Source: Mobula hypostoma | Taxonomy: Eukaryota | DNA length: 64,000 nt | Reading direction: 5' to 3' | NCBI RefSeq assembly: GCF_963921235.1 | Contig: NC_086097.1 | Span: 165,232,001 to 165,296,000, forward strand | Shown: piece by piece, positions 52,501 to 64,000 of the stretch | Layout of the letters: every line of letters starts with the position of its first letter | Numbering within the stretch: position 1 is the stretch's first letter | Made by a program: the position numbers and the translations under genes | The notes under the pieces: generated by a model | Database searches by the model: none | The model's input: the letters and a program-made list of their open reading frames with translations, nothing else | What the model was told of the DNA's origin: nothing

Positions 52501-52977
52501 TTATTAGCACTTAGCCCAGTACAGAGTAACTTTACTACCATTGTCTTTCAATTCAGTATGTCAAGTCAGTGTCACGAAGTCAAACAACCAAAGTAATTGA
52601 AGCTTCTAGAGCTGTAGCTTCTCAAATGTCTACCTCCTGTAGAAGACAGATCTTGGTTTTAGGCCTGTCCAGACAGCTGATCTTGGTCATGATGCACACC
52701 TGTCGCATAAATCCTCTTCTGGAAAGGCTGGATGACCCTGACCGTGATCCCATAAGTTTCAAAGCACTGTGTCATCAACTGTAAGTGCAAACTTTCCTGG
52801 GAGGAAATTGTGCTTTGTACACGACCTTTTCTGGCATTCCTGTAACTGTGGTAAATACTCCTTGACCCACTGTTTCCAAAACAAGTTTTACATGTATTGG
52901 ACCTGCTTCCATCTACAATGAGCTTAAAGTGATGTTCTCTGAAAAGTTGCTCCACAGTCAAGCACACGTGGAATTTC

Positions 52978-55900
52978 ACAAGACAAAGGAGCAGAAGTAG
53001 GCCATTCAGCCCATTGAGTCTGCTCCGCCACTCCACCATGAGCTAAACTATTCTTCCATCCAGTTCCAATTTCTGGCTTTTTCCCCATATCTCTTGATAC
53101 CCTGATTAATTAGATACCTATCAATCTCCTCCTTAAACACCCTCAATGATCGGGCCTCCACAGCTGTATGTGGCAATGAATTCCATAAATCCACAACCCT
53201 CTGGCTAAAAACATTTCTCTTCATCTCTGTTTTAAATGGGTACCCACTAATTCTAAGAATGTGGCCTCTTGTCCTGGACTCACCCATCAAGGGAAACAGC
53301 CTTTCCACATCTATTCCGTCCAACCCTTTTAACATTCGGAATGTTTCTATAAGATCCCCTCTCATTCTTCTATACTCGAATGAATACAGTCCAAGAGCCG
53401 ACAAACGCTCCTCATATGTTAGGCCCTGCATTCCAGGAATCATCCTCGTAAATCTTCTCTGAACTTTCTCCAACATCAGTACATCCCTTCTAAGATAGGG
53501 GGCCCAAAACTGCACACAGTATTCCAAATAAGGTCTCACCAGTGCCCCATAGAGCCTCATCAACACCTCCTTACTCTTGTACACTATTCCTTTTGAAATG
53601 AATGCCAACATAGCATTCGCTTTCCTTACTGCCGATCCAACCTGGTAGTTAACCTTTAGGGTATCCTGCATGAGGACCCCCAAGTCCCTTTGCACTTCCG
53701 ATTTTTGAATTTTCTCCCCATCTAAATAATAATCTGTCCGATTATTTATTCTTCCAAAATGTACAACGGTACATTTCTCAACATTGTATCTCATCTGCCA
53801 TTTCTTTGCCCACTCTCCTAAACTGACCAAATCTCTCTGCAACCTTTCCGTTTCTTCAACACTTCCTGCTCCTCCACCTATCTTGGTGTCATCTGCAAAC
53901 TTAGCCACAAAACCATGTAATCCAGAATCTAAAATCATCGATATACATTGTAAAAAGAAGCGGTCCCAACACCGACCCCTGCGGAACACCGCTGGTAACG
54001 GGCAACCATTAGAATAGGATCCCTTTATTCCCACCCTTTGCTTTCTGCCTATCAACCAATGCTCCACCCATTCCAATATCTTTCCTGTAATTCAATGGGC
54101 TGTCATCTTACTAAGCAGCCTCTTATGCGGCACCTTATTGAAGGTCTTTTGAAAATCTAAATACGCAATATCTACAGTCTCTTCCCTTGTCAATCTTACT
54201 CGAGATTACCTCAAAAAATTCCAATAGGTTGGTGAGGCAGGATCTTCCCTTCATGAAACCATGTTGGCTTGGGCCTATCTTGTCATGCACCTCAAGGTAT
54301 TTTTCATAACGTCGTCCTTGAGGATCGATTCCAATATCTTTCCCACTACCGATGTCAGACTAATAGGCCTGTAATTTTCTTTTTGCTGCCTCCCTCCTTT
54401 CTTAAGCATCGGAACTACATTTGCGACCTTCCAGTCCTCTGGAATCAAGCCAGAGTCTATTGATTCCTGGAAGATCATTTCCAATCCCTCCACAATCTCC
54501 AAAGCCGCCTCCTTCAGAACCCGTCGGTGCACCTCATCCGGTCCGGGAGACTTATCTATTCTTAGTCCATTTAGCTTCCCAAGCACTTTCTCTCTAGTAA
54601 CCTTGACTGTACCTAATTCTATTCCCTGAGACCTCTGGCTATCAAGTATGTTGCTAATGTCTTCCACTGTGAAGACTGATGCAAAATACTCATTTAGTTC
54701 CTCTGCCATCTCTTTGTTACCCATTATAATTTCTCCAGCATCATTTTCAATCGGTCCTATATCCACCCATGTCACTCTTTTACTCTTCATATATTTAAGA
54801 AAACTCTTAATATCCTTCTTTTATGTTAATTGTCAACTTACTTTCATAATTCATCTTTTCTTTCCTAATGACTTTCTTAGTTTCCTTCTAAGTTTTTAAA
54901 AGTCTTCCAGGTCCTCATTTTTCCCACTAATTTTTGCTTCCTTGTACACAGTCTCTTTTGCTTTTATTTTAGCCTTAACCCCTCTTGTTCGGCACACTTG
55001 TGCCATTTTTCCATTCATGATTTTCTTGTTTCTTGGAATATATTTTTCCTGCACTTTTCTTATTTCTGCTAGGAATTTCATCCAATCCTGCTCTATCGTC
55101 CCTCCATCTAGCTTACTTTCCAATTGACTTCAGCCAGTTCCTCTCTCAAACCACTGTAATTTCCTTTGTTCCACTGAAATATCGATAAACCTGATACCAG
55201 CTTCTCCTTTTCAAATTTAAAACTGAACTCAATCATATTATGATCACTACTTCCAAGGGGTTCCATTACCTCCAGCTCCTTAATTGCCTCAGGTTCATTA
55301 CACAGCACCCAATGCAAAACAGCCGATCCCCTGGTGGGCTTATGGACAAGCTGCTCCAGAAAGCCATCCCGTAGGCATTCTACAAACTCCCTCTCCTGAG
55401 ATCCAGTACCTTCCTGACTTTCCCAATCCACTTTCATATTAAAATCCCCAATAATTACCTTGACATTTTCTTTCTGACACGCTTTTTCTATTTCCAGCTG
55501 TAACTTGTCCACATCCCGGCTGCTGTGTGGAGGCTTGTATATAACTGCTATTAGTGTCTTTTTACCCTTGCCATTTTTTAACTCGACCCATAAGGATTCT
55601 ACCTCTTCTGATCCTATGTCCCTTCTTTCTAGTGATTTGATATCATTGCTTACCATCAGGGCCACGCCACCCCCTTTACCTACCTTCCTATCTTTCCTAT
55701 ACACTGTGTATCCTTGGATATTCAGCTCCCAATCACATCCATGATTTAGCCATGACTCGGTGATGGCCACAATGTCATATCTTTTAACCTGTAGCTGTAC
55801 AACAAGGTCATCCACTTTATTTCTAACTGTGTGCATTTAAGTACAGTACACGTGGATCAGTATCTGTTACCGATTTTGCTATGTTTCCATCGCACAGCAA

Positions 55901-57073
55901 AATATTCTGTCTATTCACCTGCCTGTCCTTCTTGCCATTTTTGCTGCACAGTATCTTTGACTTATTTCTATTTTCCTCTTCCTTGACCCTAACACCCTGG
56001 TTTCCTTCCCCCTGCCAACTTAGTTTAAACCCTCCCTAACAGCTATATTAAACAATCCCACCAGGATATTAGTACCCTTTGAGTTCAGGAGTAACCCATC
56101 GTTTTTGTATAACTCGTACCCTCCCCCAAAATAGATCCCAATGATCCAAGAATTTGAAGCCCTACCCCCTGCACCAGTTACTTAGCCACACATTCATCTG
56201 CTTAATTCTGCTATTCATACCTTCATTAACGCGTAGCTCAGGCAGCAATCCTGAGATTATTACTCTGGAGGTCCAGCTTTTCAATTTTCTTCCTAGCTCC
56301 CAGTAATCTTCCTTCGGGACCTCCTCTCTTTTTCTGTCTATGTCATTGGTACTAACATGTACCAAGACTTCTGGCTGCTCGCCCTCTCTCCTCCGAAAAC
56401 TCTGGATCCTATCTGAGATATCCCGTACCCTGGCACCAGGGAGGCAACACACCATCCGGGTATCCTTGTCCAGCTCGCAGAATCTCTTGTTTGTTCCCCT
56501 CACTATGGAATCCCCTATAACTACTGTATTTCTCCTTGCTCTCTTGATCACGGCACTGGGCAGAGTGCCAGAGTCCCGTTCACTGTGGTCTTCCTCTGTC
56601 AGGTCAACCTCTCCAACAGTATCTAAAACGATATATCTGTTTCTGAGGGAAAATGTCACAGAGGTGCTGTGCACTCTCTCTCTATAGGTATTATCAATCA
56701 CCTCCTCACTTTCCCTAACCAGCTGAAGGTCATCAAGTTGCAGCTCCAGATCCCTAACACGGTCCTTAAGGAGCCTCATCTCAATGCACCTGATGCAGAT
56801 GTAATCCTTGTGGAGGCTGGGAGTCTCCCAAGGTCCCCACATCTGACACTCCAAGCACAACACTAATCCTAGATGCATACCTCTAATGCTACTGTTATTA
56901 CTAAATAAATAAACCTGTAACTTATCCCTTTACTATGAGACTCAACAGTCGCAGGAAGCCTCTTCCCGTTTCTGCCTAAGCCCGTTGAGCCAAAGCCCTA
57001 TCACTCTGCAGCCTCTCACTCCACTGCCCGCAGGATACGGTGGTGTTCTTTTTAAGCCTTCCGTGCTCTGAAA
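52978..57073 (-). mobile_element. Full-length CR1 LINE (5'UTR, ORF1, ORF2, 3'UTR) nested in the BEL/Pao element
   Basis: ORF1 56162-56878 has a zinc finger, leucine zipper and SGNH esterase motifs (VVIGDSIVRG, CLPGARVRD, VHVSTND). ORF2 fragments at 55108-55836, 54275-54790, 53048-54076. Possible 6-bp TSD aatttc at 52972-77 and 57074-79. Confidence 0.93.
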
Positions 57074-59477
57074 AATTTCCTTTTTCTGTGGTGTGGAATG
57101 TACCAGACTTGCCCATCACTGCGTTCCAGATCCTGAGCGGGTACTCTCTCAGCACAGCCTTTGGAGATGACATCCTTCATGAAAGCTGCATAGTCAGTGT
57201 AAAATGACAAATCCCTCTTAAAGCTCTTACTTAAATTCAGAGCACAATGTTCCGCAATCTTCCTATATTTGGAATGTTAACCACCTTTCTCTGGTAAGCT
57301 AATCTTGTAGTAGCCATCCACCAGTTTTGCAGAATTTGCAACCAACTCCATGAACTTGTGGTCTTTCCTTGACGAACCAGGCTGCTCATCCTGACTGCAT
57401 TCAGCAAAGTTTGTGTTAAACTGCTGCTGCCAAAGCTCATCCAAGTTCGAAACTGAGATCCTGCTGTCAGCTCGGCAGTGCACGATCTTTTCCTTGCTCT
57501 CCTTTCAGTGGTCCACAGTCCAACCCAGCATTGTTCAAATTGCATAGAGTCCATCATTAACACTGCTACTCACTTGCAATGGCTCCAAAGCTTTAGGCAC
57601 ATTTGTCCCTATCCGCAGCTCAATTTCTGAATCAACCTCTTGGCAAATGGACATATTTCAGGTGAGACCATCCCTGGAGATCCCTCTGTCATGGAATGTT
57701 CCCTCCATTGACAGGCATACTTTCCTGTGAAGAGATGTTAAATAGTTCACAATAATTTTCACCATCTAAACCAGCCACGTCCAATTCTGAAATAGTCTGG
57801 AACTCACAACCTTCTCTTGACCCATAGTCTGTAAGAGAATGTGAGTCTTTTTTCCCTGTAAGGTTGAGCTTGTTCCATTTAGGCCCATTGTGCAGAAAAC
57901 TGCTATACTACATTAATCTAGGAAAGCACAAGTAACCACCGTCTTGTTACCTTTCTTAGACTTCACGTACTGGAACTATAGGAAATTTACATTCATGATC
58001 AGCAGCCCCATAAGGCCCCTGGATAACAGAACACTGATCACTGATCACTGATCTGTCTGATTCTTTCCTAGCTTGTTCTGATTCTGCTCTCCCTTCCTGT
58101 GAGTGGATATGAAGTATGATGGGATGCCTAAAACTGCAAAACTTGCATGAAAGACACTTCCTGTGATCTTTGCTGATGCGTCCTGTACACAAATAGCCAC
58201 CATTTTCCTTTAGGAAGACAATCTTCTCACTATGGCCTTTTTCTCCAGCTGAGGGCACAAATCTAATGCGTGTCCACCCCCACAGAACAGGCAAACCCTT
58301 TTGACTGATGAGACCATTTCCCTCCTTTTAGTTCCAGGTTCAGTATTAGCTTTACTTCCCACAGAGGCCACAGTAGTGGCAAAGCTGCTTCCTTTAGCTC
58401 TAGAACAATGTTGTTACTTAGTTTTTTTCATACCTTTGCTTATTGCAGGTAATGGATGGAACATCCTGCATATTCCCCAAACACTGAGTTTGTTGCAATC
58501 TTTACTTGCCTTTCAGTAACATTACCAATTTTAATGAAAGTAGCCTTAGAATTGTGCCTTTCTTACAATTCACAGGCCACCATTTAACTTCTATCCCTAA
58601 GCTTATGAGGCAGTTTCTTTAGAACAGTCAGCATATTAGCAGGCATATGGTCTTATGGTCATATCCAGCTCACTTTATGCACTGCACTTTAATGGAATTG
58701 CAATAGCCTCTAAGAAAAAGACTGAAATCTTGAAGAGCTTTCACATCTTCAGATTTGATGGATATCCATGAAAGAACCTTTTCCATGTAGGTGGATGCAA
58801 TTTTCTGTTTATTATCAAAATGTTCCTGTAGTAAAGCCTTAGCCTTGACATATTCTCTCTTAGAGTCAACATTCTGGCAACTTCTAACAAGTTCCCTAGG
58901 ATGACCCCCTCATGTACTGTTTCAAGGAAACAGAGGCAGTCACTATGGCTGTCAGTCTTGCTTTCTACACTGTTTTCATAGGCCTTCATGAATGCATGAT
59001 ATTAAAATGGATCACTGTTGAAGATTTGAATCTTTTAGGCAAAGGTGAAAGATGTTTGTGTGCAAATAAGGTTGTTGTTTTATTTAGTTTCCTCTTAATA
59101 TCCAAAATGCTGTTTGATCTCTGTCATCTGAAACAAGTGTTTCCATGCTGTAAGTGAATGTTCCTATGAGCACCTGGAGCTGCTGGATGTGAAATAGATT
59201 CAGAGTGCTTCAGTAGTGCAGACTGAGAGTAAACACCCTGAACTACCTCTTAGGGGTTTTATTCATATTTCCCAGACATTTGAGGAATGAATAAATCAGC
59301 ACTGACCTTGGGTGTTTTTTGACTGTCCTTATGCATTGGACTGTCCTTATGCAGCACTTTAATCACTGAACATACATGAAGCCCTTAGCACCCTAACCTT
59401 AGCCATACTTGCAACGATTTCTTACCCCATTTTCCTTCCTTTTCCATTGCTGTTCCTCTTGCTCTTCCAGTGCATAT

Positions 59478-60000
59478 TTAGATTAGATTATTAGTTTATG
59501 AGGACACGTAGTCCTCTTTTATTGTTATTTAGTAATGCATGCATTAAGAAATGATACAATATTCCTCCGGTGTGATATCACAAAACACAGGCAGACCAAG
59601 GCTGAAAAAACTAACAAAACCATATAATTATAACATATAGTTACAACAGTGCAACAATACCATAACTTGATGAAGAACAGGCCATGGCACAGTAAAAAAG
59701 TTCAAAGTCTCTTGAATGTCCCACATCTCATGCAGACGGGAGAAGGAAGAAAACTCTCCCTGCCATGCCCAACCACAGTCCGACTCTGAGTCATCCGAAA
59801 ACTTCGAATCTCCGATCAGCCGTCCGACACCGAGTACCGAGCACCATCCCTATCCGAACGATTCAACCTCAGTCTCGGTCGCCAGCAGCAGGCAGAGCCG
59901 GGGATTTTGGGGCCTTCCTTCCTGAAGATTCTCGATTGCCCAGTAACAACGGCAGCGAACTGGTGTTTCAGAAATTTCTCCAGATGTTCCTCTGTGCTTT
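59478..60000 (-). mobile_element. LINE-type 3' fragment with (TAATC)n-like tail inserted in BEL gag
   Basis: ttagattagatta tail, and a GC-richer body that differs from the flanking gag sequence. Confidence 0.5.
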
Positions 60001-61459
60001 GTCCTTCAATTGGGAAACATGGTCTGTTGGAAAGTAAGGCATGTCTTCATTCATTGCAGTAGCATCAGATTGAACATGGCCATCAATGTGAAATGTTTGA
60101 GCCATCTATGGTTTTACATCCTCTTTTAATGCTGTGTTTATCAATGCTTGTGAACCATTCATTTTGTTTTCCTGTTCATCTTTGGGAGGTAAAAGAATCA
60201 CTGTGTGATGTAGCTTAGTGGCAGCTTCACAAAGGTTAGCCAAGTTTTCAAATTGAGATTGCATCTGTAAGGCACTTTCCTTATTTTTCATAAGATCCTT
60301 AAGTAATGGTATTAAACCTTCAATTTTGTTCACAATTGTTCTACACTCCTTTTGAAGACTTTCAGTTTTATTCACTAAAACTTTGGTAGTAATTTTAACT
60401 TCTCTCTTGCCGGCCTCCATTTCAGAGCCACTGATGTCAATCCCATCCTTTGATCCACACATGTTTGCAAAACGCATTTGCGTTGTTCCGTTAATCAACA
60501 CAGGCAACAAACAAGCTACTCGGGCATCTACAGCACGTGAACCAAACTAAATAAACAGTGTTCAATTCAAATGTCAGCAAATGGGACAATATTTCAGCAC
60601 TTAGGAACTTCACAAACCAGACAACAAGCCAGAGCTTTAAACTCTTCAATAAAACAGAACAAAGAACCATCAAGCAAACGCCATATGATCGAGCAACGGT
60701 CCCCAATGGACAGGCAGTACCGACCAAACTGTGTTCCATCCATAAATACACAGCATGAATCAACACAGCCATAGGTAGGACTGCCACTTCAGCTGCTCAC
60801 ATTGCCAATATGCCTTCTCACGTTCTGTGTTGCGATGGTAGTTACCTCAGATAACAGCTGGCCTTTCTTTGTGTTCCTTTCTGTTGGAGTTCTTTTTCCA
60901 CCAACAAGTCCAAGCAATTTTCTTCGTTTAGAATGTGATACATTGTACAAAATAGTCTGTGCTGATGGCTTTGCCATAAACTGGTTTTTGGCATGTGGGA
61001 AAAAAATTATTGTTGACAAAATGCAGTGACTACTTGAAAACAAACAAAAAGTCACTGGGAGGCTAAGTGAGGGAGCATCACACTGTATGGTGTGCTTCCA
61101 ACTAACAAAATTCCAAGCCAAAAACTCCATTTAATCCTTTGTTAAAACCAACAATAAAATCATTCAACTCTTCCATAATTAATGTAAAAGTGATTGGATC
61201 AAATTCAAACAAAAATGAATAGTCAATGAAAACTATGTGCTCCCTACTCACCTCTTTGCAACAGGTGACTATATTTGTTTATTTTAACTGCGACTCAGTA
61301 CCACACGCCACACACTAACCGCTGTCCAAACCCATGTGATAAATTACCTTAACCCAGAGTGAGGATGTGCAACACAAATACAATGCAGGCAAAATATAGA
61401 TACATGGCTCCTGCAGATGGGAATCAGAATTTCTTGCAAACAGGGTAGCAACCTGCAGA

Positions 61460-63600
61460 ATTGCTTTCTTGCCACTTTTCATCCTTCAAGTATCTCATTT
61501 GTCCTTGCCTGTCTATACTTGCGATGCACCTCCATTTTTTTCCTTAACTAGAGCCTCAATATCTTTTGAAAACCAAGGTTCCCTAAACCTGTTGTCTTTG
61601 CCTTTTATTCTGACAGGCACATACAAGCTGGTGTTTGTTCTGAAATGTTCACTTTTGAAGGCTTCCCACTCACCAAGTACACCTTTACCAGAAAACAGCC
61701 GGTCCCAATCCACACTTGTCAGATCCTTTTTGATACCTTTCTCCAATTTAGAATCTCAATCTGCAGACCAGACCTATATTTTCCGTACTTACTTTGAAAC
61801 TAATGGCATTATGATCACTAGATGTAAAGTGTTCCCCTACACTAACTTCTGTCACCTGCCCTGTTACATTCCCTAATAGGAGATCAAGTATTGCATACTC
61901 TCTCATTGGAACTTCTATGTACTGATTAAGGAAACTTCCCTGAACACACTTGGCAAGCTCTGTCCCATCTGGATTTCATGCTTATCCTCCAGTTCTGTAT
62001 ATTCTGAGGTGCTTGAAGAGTCCTATGTGGGATCCCCACATACTGTCCATTCTTGAGTGTCATTTATTTCAATGATTTGGATGTACAAAGCAAGGTTAGG
62101 AAGTTTGTAGGAGATAATAAAATAGCTGTTATCTTTAACAGTGACAAGGGTTATCAGGATTTACAGAGGGGTATTGATTAGATGGGTAAGTGGGCCAAGA
62201 ATTGTAAATAAAGTTTAATTTGGATCCGTGCAAGGTATTACACTTCTGTAAATGATGGGACTTGCACAGTAAGCAATAGGGCCCTGTGCAATGTTGTAGA
62301 ACAGTGAACCTAAGAGTACAAGTACATGATTCCCTGAAAATTGTATCATAGGTAGAAAAAGTGATTAAGAAACTTTTTGACTTTCTGGCCTTTATCCATC
62401 AGGTCACTGAGTTTAGAAGTTGAATGTTATATTGCAATTGTAGAAGACATTGGTGAGAACGCTTTGGAAGCTGGGATATTACGTTAAGATATAGATGATA
62501 TCACATTTGGAATATTGTAGAACATAGAAATCTACAGCACATTACAGGCCCTTTGGCCCACAATGTTGTGCTGACCATGTAACCTACTCTAGAAACTGTC
62601 TGGAATTTCCCTACCGCATAGCCCTCTATTTTTCTAAGCTCCATATACCTATGTAAGAGTCTCATAAAAGACCCTATTGTATCTACTTCCACCGCCGCTG
62701 GCAGTGCATTCCATGTACCCAGCACTCTCTGCGAAAATCTTACCTCTGACATCCCCGTTGTACCTACTTCCAAGCACCTAAAATTATGCCCTCACGTATT
62801 AGCCATTTCAGCCCGAGGAAAAAGCCTCTGGCTATAAACACGATCAATGCCTCTCATCATATACACCTCTATGAAGTCACCTCTCATTATGTGATGCTCC
62901 AAGGAGAAAAGGCCAAGTTCTCCCAACCTATTCTCATATGGCATGCTCTCCAATTCAGGCAACATCCCTGTCATCCTGAGCAGCAGCTTTGAGTATCCTA
63001 TGGACACGGACCCCAAGGTCTCACTGATCCTGCTCACTACCAAGAGTCTTGCCTTTAATATTATATTCCATCTTCTAATTTGACCTACCAAAATGATCCA
63101 CTTCACACATCTGGGTTGAACTCCATCTGCCACTTCTCAGCCCAGTTCTGCATCCCCCAACTTCATTGTGTTTAGTTTTGGTTACTCTGTAGAAGAGATT
63201 TACGACAATGTTGCTGGGCTTTGAGGAGATGAGTTATAGAGAGAACTTGAGAAGGTATGGCCTTCTTTCCCTGGAGAGCTGGTGAATGAAAGGTGATCTT
63301 AGGTGTAAAATTATGTGGGGCAAAATAGGGTTAATGAGTACAGTCTTTCTGAGGATTGGGGAATCAGAACTAGAGGGGAGACATTTGATAGGATCTTAAG
63401 AGTCATGTTTTCACCCAGAAAGTTGTCAGTATATGAAATAAGCTGCAGAGGAAGTAGTTAAAATGTACTTGGATAGGCACACAGATAGGAAAGGTTAGAT
63501 GGATATGGGGCAAATCTATGCACATGTAACTAGATTAGATGGAAATATTGATTGGAATGGACTGGTTGGGTCAAAGGACTTGTTTCCATGCCCTGTGCTC
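61460..63600. mobile_element. Cluster of old CR1 fragments in mixed orientation
   Basis: DLTSVDWDRLFSGK (-, ~61460-61970); degenerate RT (+, ~62030-62460); 3' end (-, ~62520-63155); 3' end (+, ~63190-63600). Confidence 0.7.
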
Positions 63601-64000
63601 ATTGACTACGAACAGTGGGACAGGAAGTCCTTGACCAGATGGGTGGCTAGTATGGTGCTTCTTCTGTTTTTGTTAAGTTTCTGCACGTTCCCAACAAAGA
63701 GGTTTGATGTTCTTTGTACTTTGCTGGATGCTGCTGCTCTATTTTGATTGATAGCTAACAAGGGATTGCCAGGAGTGGGTAAGAATGATGCTCTTTTCAA
63801 AACAAGCTTTAGGAATTTTCTAAAGCATTTTCTCTATCATCCTGGTAATTATGGAGAGCTTACAATAGAGTGGACATTTCAAGAGCCCAATGCTGGTCAT
63901 ACAAACATGATTCTGATATTGGTCATACAGCCTACCCATGAGAGTTGGTTGACTTGCTCGAAATATTGGTCTGGGAAAGTTTGCTGATGAGACCAAACAA

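Larger units (their letters stand above)
51960..61415 (-). mobile_element. BEL/Pao LTR retrotransposon with both LTRs; internally deleted and interrupted
   Basis: Direct repeats 51960-52338 and 61022-61415 (TG...CA). 5-bp TSD gatgg on both sides. Gag Cys/His knuckles (CLSCKFCSFRHPIILH), protease TCAFLD, WYIPHH, DCGATFQRTSL, integrase C-terminal RWKQVQY. Confidence 0.9.

Noticed and set aside
47595..64000. Next ANKRD12 coding exon
   Set aside because: I found no acceptor-flanked frame resembling the expected continuation (SKDK...TPK, from memory); it probably lies beyond the window.

Overview
Repeat-dense vertebrate genomic DNA; the repeat families suggest a cartilaginous fish, probably a ray (inference). 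I found one host-gene exon: the first coding exon of ANKRD12 (47443-47594, + strand, MPKSGSSRTAQTESSDSNSNMVEKQTGRK), so most of the window is probably intronic. The rest is mostly nested transposons: many CR1 LINEs (one full-length), a two-LTR BEL/Pao element, Gypsy and solo-LTR relics, Tc1, hAT, Harbinger and Tigger-like DNA transposons, Rex1/Babar fragments, tRNA-derived SINEs, and six TSD-bounded Penelope-like insertions (five palindromic). The most interesting signals are RNA-level. (1) The Penelope termini carry minimal hammerhead ribozyme motifs. (2) A 423-bp non-coding RTE-like element begins exactly at the predicted cleavage site of an HDV-like ribozyme fold. (3) A 10-codon uORF lies just upstream of the ANKRD12 start. 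(4) Oppositely oriented CR1 copies flank the exon. Most ORFs in the supplied track are TE fragments or their antisense shadows. All calls were made by eye; boundaries of old fragments are approximate.
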